A stretch of DNA of 64,000 nt from Octopus vulgaris (taxonomy: Eukaryota). Every line of letters starts with the position of its first letter. Within the stretch, counting starts at the first letter, position 1. The notes beneath the pieces are model-generated. The model saw nothing but the letters and a program-made list of their open reading frames with translations. It was not told the DNA's origin and did not search any database. The translations under genes were made by a program, and so were the position numbers. Positions 1 to 13,961 of this stretch are shown piece by piece. The stretch lies in assembly GCA_951406725.2 (NCBI GenBank), contig OX597832.1:37386001-37450000 (forward strand). The letters run 5' to 3'.

Positions 1-24
1 TATATATACGTATTTATATGAATG

Positions 25-58
<34 letters not shown>

Positions 59-130
59 TATACTTGCATATGTATATATATATACTCACACACAAGCATG
101 CACACATACATACACATAATGCATATATAT

Positions 131-170
<40 letters not shown>

Positions 171-242
171 TCCATTGGTTGAATAGAAAAACATGAAAAG
201 ATAACGGAAAATCAACAAAAACAAGCGGAAAAATAAACAAGA

Positions 243-306
<64 letters not shown>

Positions 307-461
307 ACATGCATACATACATACATACATACATATATACAGGTAGCTTCGAAAACAACATATGCATGCCTGACTGTCTTTTACGTTATGTGGCCCATTC
401 CCGCTTACTCTCATTTTCTCTCTTTTTTCTATACTTGTGCGCACGTGCAGTACAGGTATGT

Positions 462-540
<79 letters not shown>

Positions 541-554
541 CACACACAAACACA

Positions 555-596
<42 letters not shown>

Positions 597-1134
597 TATA
601 TATATTCCCCTGAGTGTGCGTGTATATATTTGTGTTCGTGTAGATGAATATTTGGTGCCTGTATCCTTTAAGAACCAGAGAGGACCATTCTTTCGTCGTC
701 TCTTCCATATTCCACAAAGCCCAAGATATATCACGACATTAGTCAAACCGATGCTAAGGAAAAGCTTCGGCAGGTCTATGGCAACAACTTATTTCAACCG
801 GAAATTGCAGCAGCGACCGGAAGTCAGCAGACAATATTCAGTTCGGGCTTGAGATAACATGACTCAGTTCTCTTTCTAGTATTTTTACTATACACGCCGG
901 TTAAGAGTTTGCCAGTTATATATATATTAATGCATATATGTATGTATGTGTGTGTATTTGTGTGCGCGTGCGTTTTTGGGTCTGTATGTATGTACATGAC
1001 GTAAGAGATAGCGGAACACTTGCGTCGCGTTACGATACATTGCTATAGTTTGTGGAGTAAGATAGTAAAAGAGCGAAGCCGAAAGAGAAATACGAAAATT
1101 AATATATTTATATGCAGAAGGTACGGAGATTGAG

Positions 1135-1150
1135 AAAGAGAGAAAGAGAG

Positions 1151-1230
<80 letters not shown>
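1135..1230. repeat. (GA)n microsatellite
   Basis: Long, nearly pure GA run. Confidence 0.95.
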
Positions 1231-1233
<3 letters not shown>

Positions 1234-1379
1234 CGTGTGCTTGCGTATAGTTTGTTACTTGATTTCTTAGTGGAATTTTCAGAAGATCTATTCCTTAAGA
1301 AGCAATTTGACTATACATTTTGGACTGTAGCATGGACAGCGATGGACTTCACGATGCCTTCTTTATATATATATCATTT

Positions 1380-1413
<34 letters not shown>

Positions 1414-1414
1414 G

Positions 1415-1640
1415 TGTGCGTTGTATATCTCCCCACCACTGCTTGACAACCGGTATTGGTGTGTTTACGTCCCCGTGACTTAGCGGTTCGGCGAAAGTGA
1501 TCAATAGGACGTGTATCATGCTTAGAAAAGAAAGTACTGGGTTCGATTCATTCGACTAAAAATCCTTCAAGGCAACGCCTCAGCATGATCGCAGTCTAAT
1601 GACTGAATCAAGTTAAATAAAAATCAAAATAAAAAAAATA
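1415..1640 (+). mobile_element. Abundant tRNA-derived SINE (family 1), 3' half
   Basis: gcttgacaaccggtattggtgtgtttacgtccccgtgacttagcggttcggc...gactgaatcaag matches the 3' half of the copy at 32276-32688. Confidence 0.85.
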
Positions 1641-2510
1641 TCCATGAAGATATCCCATTACTGGAGCAAAATCCAAGAATGAGAAATGCAGTCGAAACAT
1701 TCAGAATAATTCAAAGCAAAAGATAGCCAAAATCCTCAAAGAAATTACTGGTCAGTGCCAGATTACCACCCAAAATCACAATCCAAATTGTCAAAAAGTG
1801 TAGTCAATGCAGCTATGGAACCTGCATCTACCTTATAGAAGACAAATTCTATAAATCCGAATAAAGACATATCTTCACTGTAAAAAATAACTGCATCTGT
1901 TCATAAAAAAATTAAATTTATGCATTAAGTGTAAAGATTATAAGAGAAGATTATATCGGACAAACAACACTTTCTTTGAGAGCCAGACTTACTATTCATA
2001 GACAAAAAATACAAGATCCTAATACTAGAAAGATTCCCCTGAGCCACTTAGATGTGCTGCAAACAATACCCCGATATTCATTATCTTCCCGCCTTGTCTT
2101 TGATCAGAAATAAATACGGATAAATAACGAAAATATCTTTAAAAATCCAAACCATAAATTAATTAATAACATATCGTACATGCATGTAATAGATCTCAGC
2201 TAAAATTTGAAACGGATATCTTCATGTTTGGATATCTTCAATAACAAAACAGAATTTATAGATTAAATATTGACGTCATCAAAGGAATTACAAGCAGCTT
2301 CCTTTGAACCTAAAAGTTAAGGAACCATTTGACGTCGACATAATCATTCGAAAACGTAACGCTTTGTTAAAAACTATCGATAACTGATGAGGAATTTGGT
2401 GCTTTCTGTGTCTGTTTTCCGTTTGTCTCTGCATTTAATATGTTTTTTAACTTGGCATTCTGTGTTTTTCGTTTTTACATTTACTATACATTTTTAAAAA
2501 CTTGTAAAGA
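1640..2510 (+). mobile_element. Decayed Penelope-like element: linker, GIY-YIG endonuclease and 3' region
   Basis: Frameshifted translation SKR*PKSSKKLLVSARL...KKCSQCSYGTC...CIKCK...DYIGQT resembles the PLE Cys-rich linker and GIY-YIG. Ends at a (TA)n tract. Confidence 0.7.
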
Positions 2511-2611
2511 TATATATATATATATGTTTAAATATTTGTTGTGCAAGATTTTTTATGTGAAGTCGTGTGTTGAAACAGATATTGTTGTATTTAGGAATGG
2601 TCATTTTGCCA

Positions 2612-2796
2612 GTTTTTTCTCTATCTCCTGTTGCCCGCTTTGGGATCTTTCTTTCCTCTCTCTTCCTTCTTTATGTTTCCGACGAAGAGCTCCGCTCGAA
2701 ACGTCATACCTTCCTGCTTCCATTTCCTGAGCGCCTATTAATAATAATACTGTAATTGTTCCATTGTTGTTGTTTTTTTGTTTTCCCGTTTGGATT

Positions 2797-2801
<5 letters not shown>
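2612..2801 (+). mobile_element. Short PLE-derived element carrying a hammerhead (family A, copy 1)
   Basis: Pyrimidine-rich leader, hammerhead, tttcctgagcg box, GT-rich tail ending in (TA)n. Homologous to four other copies in the window. Confidence 0.8.
2675..2709 (+). ncRNA. Type I hammerhead ribozyme motif, mutated (family A)
   Basis: gttt-CCGACGA-a-GAGC tcc GCTC-GAA-ACGT-C-atac. U4>C in the core and one stem I mismatch. Confidence 0.7.
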
Positions 2802-2847
<46 letters not shown>

Positions 2848-3206
2848 TAGATAGATAAATATATGTGTGTGAGTCTGTTTGTGTGTTTGTGTTTTTGTGT
2901 GTGTGTGTGTGTGCATAATGTAGGTAAAACGCAAGCTGCGTTCTCTAAAAATACATCTGCTTATTCCAGTATTGCAATCCTGTACGTAGATGCAGTCCTT
3001 GTTGCACTGATGATGTTCGGTACGGATTAGAGTTGAAGATTCTGGAAATATTGATTTCTCCGTCTGAAGAATTTTTTAACAGGAAATGCTTTACATGTTT
3101 ATCAAACTTGTGAAACTTTGCAATTCCTATTACCACATGAAACATGTGTAATGATGAATGATTGATACTAAAAAATGTCCAACTTCCTGTTTTGTTACAT
3201 GCACAC

Positions 3207-3263
<57 letters not shown>

Positions 3264-3490
3264 TACACACACATACACATATTAAAAGACTAAGGGAGTG
3301 GGTTTTTTTGTATTTGTAGCAACTCCAGTTGCTAACCGCGAACTATAAAGAAACAATCAGCTTATCGAATTTCCTCGTAACTTTGATATGGGGAAAGTGT
3401 GTAACCTTTGATGCCAATAATTTGTTATTGTTCCTTATCGTACACTATCCACTTGTTTTCCATATTTGCTAGGGACTACTTGAAGCTTAC

Positions 3491-3742
3491 AACCTTCCAG
3501 CATTTGGGTCCCTGGAGCAAACCCTTGCATATGCATACTCGTGGAATGAAATGTTGGGACACACCAGCAGATGGTGTTTTAACTTGCATCTGGCCTCCTT
3601 TCGCGGTATGGCCGCGGTGTTGACAAGCACAAAAACGGCGAAACATTAATGTATATCGCTCCTGCAACGAAACCTGGTGCGAATTATCTCGCTTCTCTAT
3701 GACTTCCAGCCGACGAATTGACGAGAATATATTCTCTTGCGC
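3491..3742 (-). other. Candidate exon, 252 nt, open in phase 0 (unassigned)
   Basis: ggttgtag|GCG...AAGGTT|gtaagc, encoding AQENIFSS...FCACQH...VCICKGLLQGPKCWKV. The acceptor is weak. An overlapping plus-strand candidate (3473-3605, tttgctag|...|gtatgg) is also open. Confidence 0.25.
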
Positions 3743-3989
3743 CTACAACCGCAGCCTACCCACGAACTGGCAAAACACATAACTTGTATATGTGTGTTCG
3801 ATATTGTATGTGTGTGTGCATGTGTATCTTGAACCCACAACATCTATAACGCATACATTCTACAATCTCCTAATCTGGATACATTCCACAATCTCCATAA
3901 CAGCTATACCCACTGCAATCACTATAATTTACCATAATGTCTGTTATTTTTAATTTTCTTTATTAATGAGATATTATCAAATCATATCT

Positions 3990-4630
3990 CATTTGTAGTG
4001 ACCCTGATGGTGAGTTGGCGGTTGTGGTGGAGATGGTAGTGCTGGGGCTGGTTCCGGTGAGGCTGAAGGTGGTGATGGTGGTAGTGGTGGTGTTTCTGGT
4101 AGTAGGAGTGGTGGAGATGGCGGCGACGGCGGCGTGGTGGTGGCGATAGTAGTGGTAATTGTATTGATGGTGACGCATGTGATAGCTGGTGGTGAATTTT
4201 GGTGGTAGTGGTGGTGGTGAATTGTGGGTGTAGCAGTGGGAACGGTGGTGAATAGTGGTGGGTGGGGTTGTTAGTGGTTATGGGGTGGGTGGGGGTGTAG
4301 GGTTTATTGTCATAATGACTTCATTGGATTTTAAGTGTTATTGTTTGATTGCAGTGGTAATAACAATGGCTGTGGTTGCAGTGAAGGTGGTAGTATTTGG
4401 GGGGTAGTGATGATGGTGGGGATGGTAGTGGTGGTGCTGGTACCGGAGGTTGGTGGTTATTGCGATCGTACTGGTAGTAGCGATGAAACTGGTGTTGGTG
4501 GTAGTTGTGGTGGTGGTGGTGGTGGTCCATGGTGCTGCAGTTTCGTATCATGGTGGTCACACTGACCATAGCAGGGGGCCGCTGGGGATGTGGAAATGGT
4601 GATGATGGTTGTGGTGGTTTGTGTTTAGGT
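3990..4630. repeat. Degenerate (GGT)n low-complexity region
   Basis: GGT/GTG-rich triplet runs. The ORFs here are compositional. Confidence 0.85.
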
Positions 4631-4896
4631 TGTTGTGTTCCGAAACGTCCAATAGGTCGAAAGTGTTCGGGGGCGGGGTACATATCAGCCCCACCCGCAA
4701 TATCAGCGGCGGTGGTTGGTAGTGATAGGTGTGTCTATATTTTCGTCCCGTTTCATTCTGTTTTAGATGGCTATATAAGTAAATTAAAAGAGTAAATGGG
4801 ATCTCAGTCGGTTTCCACGATGATTGTTCCAGTTGACCAATTAACTGAACAACCTACACGTTTAATCTTAAGACCAGATGATTGTGTGTTCCACTG

Positions 4897-4944
<48 letters not shown>

Positions 4945-5627
4945 CTATACACACACACACGTGCTCATTTATAACTGATACAAAGAATGAGATAAGAGAA
5001 ATAACGAAGAGTGACCAATGGCATGTATGTGTACAAGCACAATGAATAAAGGCGCATTGAATAATATACGAGATAAATTCGGGGATTTATCGAAATACTC
5101 TGTGGTTCCAGAGAGGATAAACCATGTGCGTCATGGTACTTTGAGCCAACAAAAGATGAGAAGAGGAAGGGGTGATTTCGAGAAATAAGCATCCTCCAAA
5201 ATCGACATGGGATTAGGGAGAACACAATCTGTCTGAAGACAAGAGGACAGATGTAGCATGTCTTTCTGCTTCAGTAGACGTCATCAGCACAGCAGTTATC
5301 CAATATTACTTTCACCAGACTTGACACTAAGTACATACATACATACATATATATGTATATGTATGTATGTATATATGCATATATATATATATATATAGAT
5401 ATATATGCATGTATATATATATAAATATATATATATATGTACACACACATATATATTGATATATATATATATATGCATATATATCTTTATATATATATAT
5501 ATAATTTCTTTTACGTGTTGCAGTTACTTAACTGTGCTCATGCTGGAGCAACGCCTTTAGTCGAGCAAATCGATCCCAAGACTTATTCTTTGTAAGCCTA
5601 GTACATATTCTATATATATATATATAT

Positions 5628-5792
<165 letters not shown>

Positions 5793-5837
5793 TATATATA
5801 TAAAACCATTTAAGTCTATTCATACCTACTGACATGC

Positions 5838-5869
<32 letters not shown>

Positions 5870-6859
5870 CTGCGCGCAGGGACGTGTTGGCGTCTACGAA
5901 TGTCTTGGGTGTCTGACGCAATACGATATTACATGTATGTGTGTTTGCATCGGCATACGCAAATGATTGCGGCCGTACGCGTCTTTCTGTGAGTGGGTCT
6001 CTTTATGCATGTATTTATATATGTTTATGTGCCTCATATGTGTGTGTGTGTGTGTGTCTGTGTGTGTCTTCGCATGTATTCTTGTATCCTTATATTTGTA
6101 CATTTAATTCCATGTCCTTTGTGTATGTGCGCGTGTTCGTGTATGTGCAGGTGTGTGTATGCCTGTTTGCGTGTGTCTCTACGAGAGAGTGAGAGAGAAT
6201 GAGAGAACAAGCGAACGAGAGAGAGAGGGGGAGGGAGTGAGTGAGAGTGTGTGTGTGTCTCTATGCACATGTGTCTGTGTAAATGCGTGTCGCATGGTGC
6301 TCGTGCGTATGCATATATATATATATATATGCATGTGTTCTTCTTATATGTGACTATGTGTTGTTCTACGTGTCTGTGTGTGTCGCCCGTTTCATTGTGC
6401 CTATGCGTCTTTGCATATGCGGTGTGTTCTTCATTACAGCTCCAGCCACCCCGACATCCACCCGTGTTGAAATTTGTCGCTAAGCGGGATTTAAATAGGT
6501 AGCATCTGTGATATTAGGGTATTAAAAGCTGGGTTGAAGGGGGCGGGGAGCGGTGGGGTGGGGTGGGGGGCTGTCGGGTATGTTCGGGTAGACGATGTAT
6601 TGAAGGCGTAGAAAATGCTATGGTTTAGGGGAGGTAACAACATATGTTCCACCTCCCCACACGTGTACATACTTATAAAACATGGTCTCTGTTGTACATG
6701 CATGGGTAGCGTGGTAGCGTATGTACTACATGTTTATATATATATACGTATATACAGGGCATGCATACGTATAGGTGCGTATGTGTGTACATATGTATAC
6801 GTATATATATATATATATATATATGTATACATATATATATATATATGTATACATATATA

Positions 6860-6893
<34 letters not shown>

Positions 6894-7027
6894 AATGTAT
6901 ATATATATATATGCGCATGTATATATGTATGTATTTGAATACACACAGGTGATACACATATGATACATATGATAACATAAAGACGCATTCAACTGTACAT
7001 GTATGCATACATGTGCAATGCAAGTAA

Positions 7028-7074
<47 letters not shown>

Positions 7075-7189
7075 TTATTTATTTATTTATTTATTTACAT
7101 ATACATATATTTACACCCACATAAATACAAGCACACGCTTATATGTACATATGTGCGGACTTAGAGGTGTAGGGAAGGTTTGTCTGTGT

Positions 7190-7230
<41 letters not shown>

Positions 7231-7694
7231 ACACACACACATATATATATATACACACATACACACACACATATATATATATGCCACATATATACAAAGA
7301 CAGACAGTGAGAGGGGGGTTGAAAGAAGCAATGGACATGTATACATAAATATGACAAGGTGTGTTACGTCAACATTAAGAGCTGACAATATTAATGCTAA
7401 TAGCTTAGACACACACACGCACAAACATACACACACATGCACACACAGACACACATACATGCTGAATGCACATGTGAATGCGCGTATATGTGAATATGCG
7501 TGTGCGTAATTGTGTATATATATATCTGTACATGTATATATATATATGCATATATGTATATATATATATATGCATATGTATGTACGTATATATACATACA
7601 CACACAGACACACAGACACACACACACACATATATATATGTATACACACACGTATATATATATATATATGTGTATATATATATATATATATATG

Positions 7695-7831
7695 TAGGTC
7701 CCGGGTTGATTCGGGGTTAACCACAGTAAGTAAGGTACTCAATACATAGCAGAGTAAAATTAATTTATTATATAGAAGGAGCTTCTACAGGACTAGTACT
7801 GTTTCATTCAAGAGAAATCTTCAGGGAGCTC
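7695..7831 (-). mobile_element. Short PLE-like terminal fragment inserted in (TA)n
   Basis: About 137 bp of unique sequence between TA runs. On the minus strand it starts with a hammerhead motif. Confidence 0.65.
7779..7831 (-). ncRNA. Type I hammerhead ribozyme motif (family B)
   Basis: Minus strand: gagctcc-CTGAAGA-tttc tctt gaat-GAA-ACAG tactagtc CTGT-A-gaagctc. Stem I 6/7 bp, stem III 4 bp and near-palindromic, GUA cleavage triplet. Confidence 0.75.
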
Positions 7832-7934
7832 TATATATATATATATATTTACATATGTACATATCCATACATATTTGTGTATATATATTTATATACAAAC
7901 ACATGTATACATACATATATATATATGTTACTGA

Positions 7935-7980
<46 letters not shown>

Positions 7981-9239
7981 TACATATAAACATGCATGCG
8001 CGCGCACACACATGCACACTCACACATACATACACACACACACACATACGCGCACACACATAAATGCATATTTGTCTGTTGAAGCGAAAAAGTAAAAATA
8101 TAAAAAAGAAACAATGAATGAACGAAAGATCGAAAAATAAAAGCGGGGGGGGGGGGAGTAAAAAAAAATGTAAATGAAAACGGGAAAAACGATGGGCGTG
8201 GACAGGAGGAGTTAACAGAGGCGCGAGGTCCCTAGAGCCATTCCAGATACAGAACATATTTGGCTAGCCGTAGGGGGCTGTGATCGATCCTCATAATACT
8301 GATCCCTAACCTCATATTCCACACTCTTCATTGTCGCCCCTTACAGCTATTTTCTGTTCACTAATTCCCTATTTGGGAGTTTGTTGCTTTTTATCTATCC
8401 ACGCCGGAACAATATCAGTTTTACTGTTGTCTCTTATATTATTACGTCTGCTGGTTGCAGTTGGTCGCCTTATTGTTGTCGTCATTCTAGGGACACACAC
8501 GCTCACACACACACGCGTGCGCAAACCTACGTCCAGTATTGGCCGTGGTTTTGGTGATCATGTTACAATGCATATTTGTTGCATGTTCTGTGCTGCACTC
8601 AGCACCGACATGCATCGTTGTCAGTGTGGTGGTTGATTATTTATTATGTCATGATTCCCTACCGTCTGTTTATAACTAACGAAACCGTGCGAGCCGTGCC
8701 TCCCCCGCTGCTTATTTATAGAGAAATTAACTTTATCTCCTCAATGTACCTTTATAGAACCAATTTGTATCCATAGTAACGGTTTATTAATTTCACTGTT
8801 TTCTTAATTGAATCTCCATATGGAACAATACATATCATAACGAGACGAATTCTTTACAATGGTTGAATACAATAAACTATAACCGGATAAAAAGTGGGAT
8901 GGTCACGGCTGGAACATTATGGATCATAGTTCAGGCCGATTGGACCTATTCTGGGGATAATCAACAAATCCGTGAAGTCTACAACCCTAAAATACGTAGC
9001 ATTTACAAGTCAGATGCGTAAATTAGGGAATTGGCAGTGTCATTAGAACGTTGCGCAAAATTCGTCTCGGTATTAATTCCATTCTTTTTTTTTTCTCTCT
9101 GAGTTCAAACCCAGTCGTGATCAAAGTAGCCATTCATTCTTTTTCTTTGTTTTATTTTATTTTTTTTTATGAAATAAATTACAAATATATGGCTGTGACT
9201 GGTATAAATGTTAGAGCGCGGATCAAAATGCCTTGTGTT

Positions 9240-9540
9240 ATTTTCTCCAGTTTTTCCATTCTGACATCAGCAGCAACGATATTGGTGCCAAGTTGTGTCA
9301 AACATTTTCCTTTCCCTTGTTTAACAACGGTGCAAAGGGAGAAGAAACTTGCTGCATGGTCAACTGCTTGTTTTCCATAAACCACATTGTCCACACCTCT
9401 ACCAGAAAAGAATCGCAGTTCTTCTCTGTGCATTACAAACCCCAGACCAACACCGGCCTCTACGTGGTATGCAAACCCATAGTATGGTCATTTGACACAA
9501 TTGGTTGAACTTTACTGGTTGTAATATCAATTTACAGGTT
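9240..9540 (-). mobile_element. Possible highly decayed Merlin/IS1595-like transposase fragment
   Basis: Mixed-frame PVLVWGL*CTEKNCDSFLVEV...GTNIVAAD loosely resembles the WVFGGI..E..CFLV.V...PGT.I.SD pattern. Confidence 0.25.
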
Positions 9541-10159
9541 TGTGGAGTGTACGTTTTATAGAGAGGAAACAACTAAAATGATCATAACACTATAAGGTTG
9601 ACACTATAAATTCTTTGTATATCCCGTATTTTCCGTTATACAAGTCCAATTTTGCAGTTCAAAATTTACAGTAAAAAAGAGTTGATTGACTTATACATCA
9701 AGACGACTTTGTGTGACCAAAAATTCCATGTGAAATGCAGTGGGATTTGGAAAGATAATGACGATGTCTATTGGAAAATGGAGTGGTTTTATCCCATTGT
9801 GTGAATTTTTATTGATCGTGGTACATACGCACAGCTTAGTCGACTGTACCGTTTCAAGGTATATCTAAGGTCATCTATTATTGAGAGAACCTATTATCAA
9901 AGACATTCAGCGATGACCTTCCCATTTTTTAAGGTATAGGTACGTTCAGAGTCTATCATTCAACCATGTGGGCTTGATTTAAAATAGAGAGTGATCTGAG
10001 GGCACGCAAATTCTATTTTTAACTAACCACGATTTCTAAGTAACCACGAATGTCATTTCATCATTAGCTATTCGTACATTTATCGAACATGTTGAGCGAG
10101 TCTCTTAACTTCATTGAAGGCTTCATACATTACATCTAGGGTAAAGTAAGTGAGGTCGA

Positions 10160-10400
10160 GTCCTCTCCTCCACACTTTTGTCGCACGCCTCTCTTCCCAC
10201 TCCCTTCACACAGTCCTCTCCTCCAACTCACGTGATACAGTTTTCTCCTACTTCCTTTTCACAGTCCTCTCTTCCTACTCCCTTGACACACTTCTCTCCT
10301 CTTACTCCCTCGGCACAGGTCTATCCTCCCACTCTCGTGATACAGTCCTCTCCTCCTACTCCTTTCGTACAGGCTTTTCCTCCTGTTCCCTTCACATAAG
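10160..10400. repeat. Diverged 27-bp minisatellite
   Basis: About 8 units with consensus near acagtcctctcctcctactcccttgac. Gives 9-aa periodicity in the ORF track (DTVLSSYSL-like). Confidence 0.8.
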
Positions 10401-11003
10401 CCCGTCCTTTCGCATCTCCCAAATAAATACATAAATGATGATTTGAGCTCAGTACTACAAGCACAGAAAAAAATCCAAACCTTCGACACTTGTGTCGTAC
10501 TTCCGCTGCCTATTATCGCAAAATATATGCATCGTGTGTTATACAGTAACGAGTCAAGAGTCTTTGTCCGTTTGAGAGTCGACTCACCTTTATTAAGAAC
10601 GCCACATTGTGGCTGTAGCTAGTTATGGAGTCACGTAGCTGCACCACGGCTCCTCCATATACTCATCCTTTACCTATCACTTCTCCTCTCCCTCCCTAAC
10701 TTGTCTTCTGATTTTCTTGCCTCTCCTTCCCCCTTTCCCTATCACCTGTCCCCTCCTCTTCTCTTCTCCCCTTCGCTCTCTCTCTCTCTCTTTCTCTCTT
10801 AGAGATCCCAGAGCGTTTGTTCTCCAACACAAGTCGATGCTTCATCTTTCTCTCCTGAAGAACAGTTTCGCCGGAAACGCAAGATTTCTCTGCTTCCTCA
10901 CCACGTTAAAGTTGTTCCACAGTTTGAAATTATTGATATAGTCATACGTACTTGTTTCTGTTTGTATTAATATATAATGTGGATACATATGTATGCGTCG
11001 GTA

Positions 11004-11380
<377 letters not shown>

Positions 11381-11399
11381 GACATCTCATTTTAACAGA

Positions 11400-12592
11400 T
11401 ATGTTTACCAAAATTATATAAAAATATCTTGAAATACTAAATAGTAAATTTATTCAATAAAATCGCCACCACAACCTCGGGAATCTCCAGCAACTCTTCT
11501 GGACAGTCTCCTTGTTTAAGTTGGTGAATGCTGCCATAATTCTTGCCTTCAGTTCAATTTTTGATGTTACAAGGAGTTTTGCTAAACTGAGCCCCACACA
11601 TAATAATCAAGGGGTTTGCAGTCTGAGGAGTTAGGTGGCCAGATGCTAGGGGTGATGTGGCCACAGAAATTGTCTGCCAGCCATGACTCAGTTGTCCTGC
11701 TTGTGTGGCATTGTACAGAGTCCTGTTGCCAGACATAGGGTCTTCTAGCAACCACCCTGTTGACCCAGGGCAGCACCACCTCCTCCAAGCACTTGATGTA
11801 GGCCTCCGTGTTGAGTCTGAGGTGGTGTGGGACGACGAATGGCGGCGCCATCACTAATGATCACTCCAAACACCATGATGTTGACTGGATGTTTGATTTT
11901 TTGCCACTCTTGGTACATGTTTTTGGGACACGGCAAGCCAACGCTTGTTTTGTGTGTTCACTATCTGAACCTGACAAAAACTTTTCTCGTCTGAGAAAAA
12001 CCGAAGCATGTTCGGCTGGAGGGGCTATTTGAGTTTGTTGAAAAGCTTCGTAGCTCGGTCTTACCTCTTGTCGTTGAAGGCTTGGGGTAAAAATTGGCCC
12101 TCTCTTATCTTGTATGAGGAATACTTAATGTCTCATGTACTACCTGCCTGATAAGAAACTCAGACACTCCCATATCCCTGGCGATGGACCTGACTGACTT
12201 GGAAAAATCGTTGTCAATCATGGCCTGGATCTCACCAACAAATTCAGGAGTTCTTTTCTTATCAGAACGACCAGAGTGAGTTTTCCGAGCTGCTGTACCT
12301 TCATAATCCCCATTAGACTCGTCCAACTCTTTCCGAATCCTCTGCACTGTGATCAGATTTACACAAACACACTCCGAGATGTTTGTATTGGAGCTTTCGG
12401 TGCGAATGCCAAGCAGTACAGCATGCTGTTTCCAAATTTCTGGCAGAGTGAATTGCGTCATGGCGCTGTTTTTCTCACAGACGGTGCTCAACTGACCCTA
12501 CTCTACTGTGTAGTAGACAAAATCAAAAACAAACAATGCGCATGCGCGAAATAAGAGATATGAAATGGTGACAATTTAACCATTACACCCTC
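11400..12592 (-). mobile_element. Decayed Tc1/mariner-superfamily DNA transposon, DD37D (maT) type
   Basis: HTH region (ITVQRIRKEL...KKRTPEFVGEIQAMID) and catalytic MVFGVI...WQQDS...WPPNSSDCKPLDYYVW with 37 residues between the 2nd and 3rd Asp. 5' terminus (ta)gagggtgt at 12592. Frameshifted. Confidence 0.9.
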
Positions 12593-12919
12593 TATGCCTG
12601 CACATACACACACGCAAACGCGTGCGCACAGACAGACAAACAGACAATAATAGTCATATATATGTAAGTTTGTGTATGTGTGTGTGTGCGTGCGCGCGCG
12701 GGCAAGTTTTTGTATACGTATAATCACGCGCCTCTCAAACAAAGACAGTAAAGAGGGAGAGAGAAGACAGAGAAATCGAGATTTTATGAAATGCATACCA
12801 CACACACATCAGTATACAGAGATAAGTATACCTACATGGAGCTGGGGATGAAAATATTCTCATACACACATATGCACACTTATACATGCATACACACATA
12901 CAAGCATGCATACATACAC

Positions 12920-13538
12920 ACACACATACATACATACATACATACATACATACATACATACATACCTACCTACCTACCTACCTACCTACCTACCTACCTA
13001 CCTACCTACCTACCTACCTACATACATACATACATACATACATACCTACCTACCTACCTACCTACCTACCTACCTACCTACCTACCTACCTACCTACCTA
13101 CCTACCTACCTACCTACATACATACATACATACATACATACATACATACATACATACATACATACATACATACATACATACATACATACATACATACATA
13201 CATACATACATACATACATACATACATACATACATACATACATACATACATACATACATACATACATACATACATACATACATACATACATACATACATA
13301 CATACATACATACATACATACATACATACATACATACATACATACATACATACATACATACATACATACATACATACATACATACATACATACATACATA
13401 CATACATACATACATACATACATACATACATACATACATACATACATACATACATACATACATACATACATACATACATACATACATACATACATACATA
13501 CATACATACATACATACATACATACATACATACATACA
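12920..13538. repeat. Long (CATA)n/(CCTA)n tetranucleotide array
   Basis: More than 400 bp of perfect CATA preceded by alternating CCTA blocks. Confidence 0.97.
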
Positions 13539-13544
13539 TTTAAG

Positions 13545-13860
13545 TATGTATCATATCTTTTACCTGTGTGTGTCAGTAGTGTGCAGTCATGCTGGGGCAA
13601 CGTCTTGAACAATTCTAGTCGAACGAATCGACTAGGCCTACTGCTTATTCTAGGGGGTCTATTTTGCCGAACTACTAGCTTACGGGTATGTAAGTACAAC
13701 AACAACGGTTGCCGAGCGGGAGTGGGGGACAAACACAGGTATAAAGACGCACACACACGACCCGCAGTGGGCCTGAACCCGGAACAATGTGGTTTGCAAG
13801 CAAACTTCTAATCGCAAAGTAGCTAAAGCGTCTATAGATAACACACGGCCACGCCTCCAG
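13545..13860 (-). mobile_element. SINE family 1, diverged copy
   Basis: Reverse-complement match to 32276-32688, including the tRNA-like head. Confidence 0.75.
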
Positions 13861-13906
13861 CTAGAAATAAATATATAAAAATACGTGTATATATATATGA
13901 CTTTAT

Positions 13907-13961
<55 letters not shown>

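Noticed and set aside
2384-2420. CTGATGAGGAA words (also about 29860 and 35345 minus) as hammerheads
   Set aside because: No correctly placed GAAA, stem III or cleavage triplet follows.
10852-10885. ctgaaga...ggaaacgcaaga hammerhead-like motif in a PLE-like tail
   Set aside because: Stems I-III are all disrupted. Probably a relic, but not supportable as a ribozyme.
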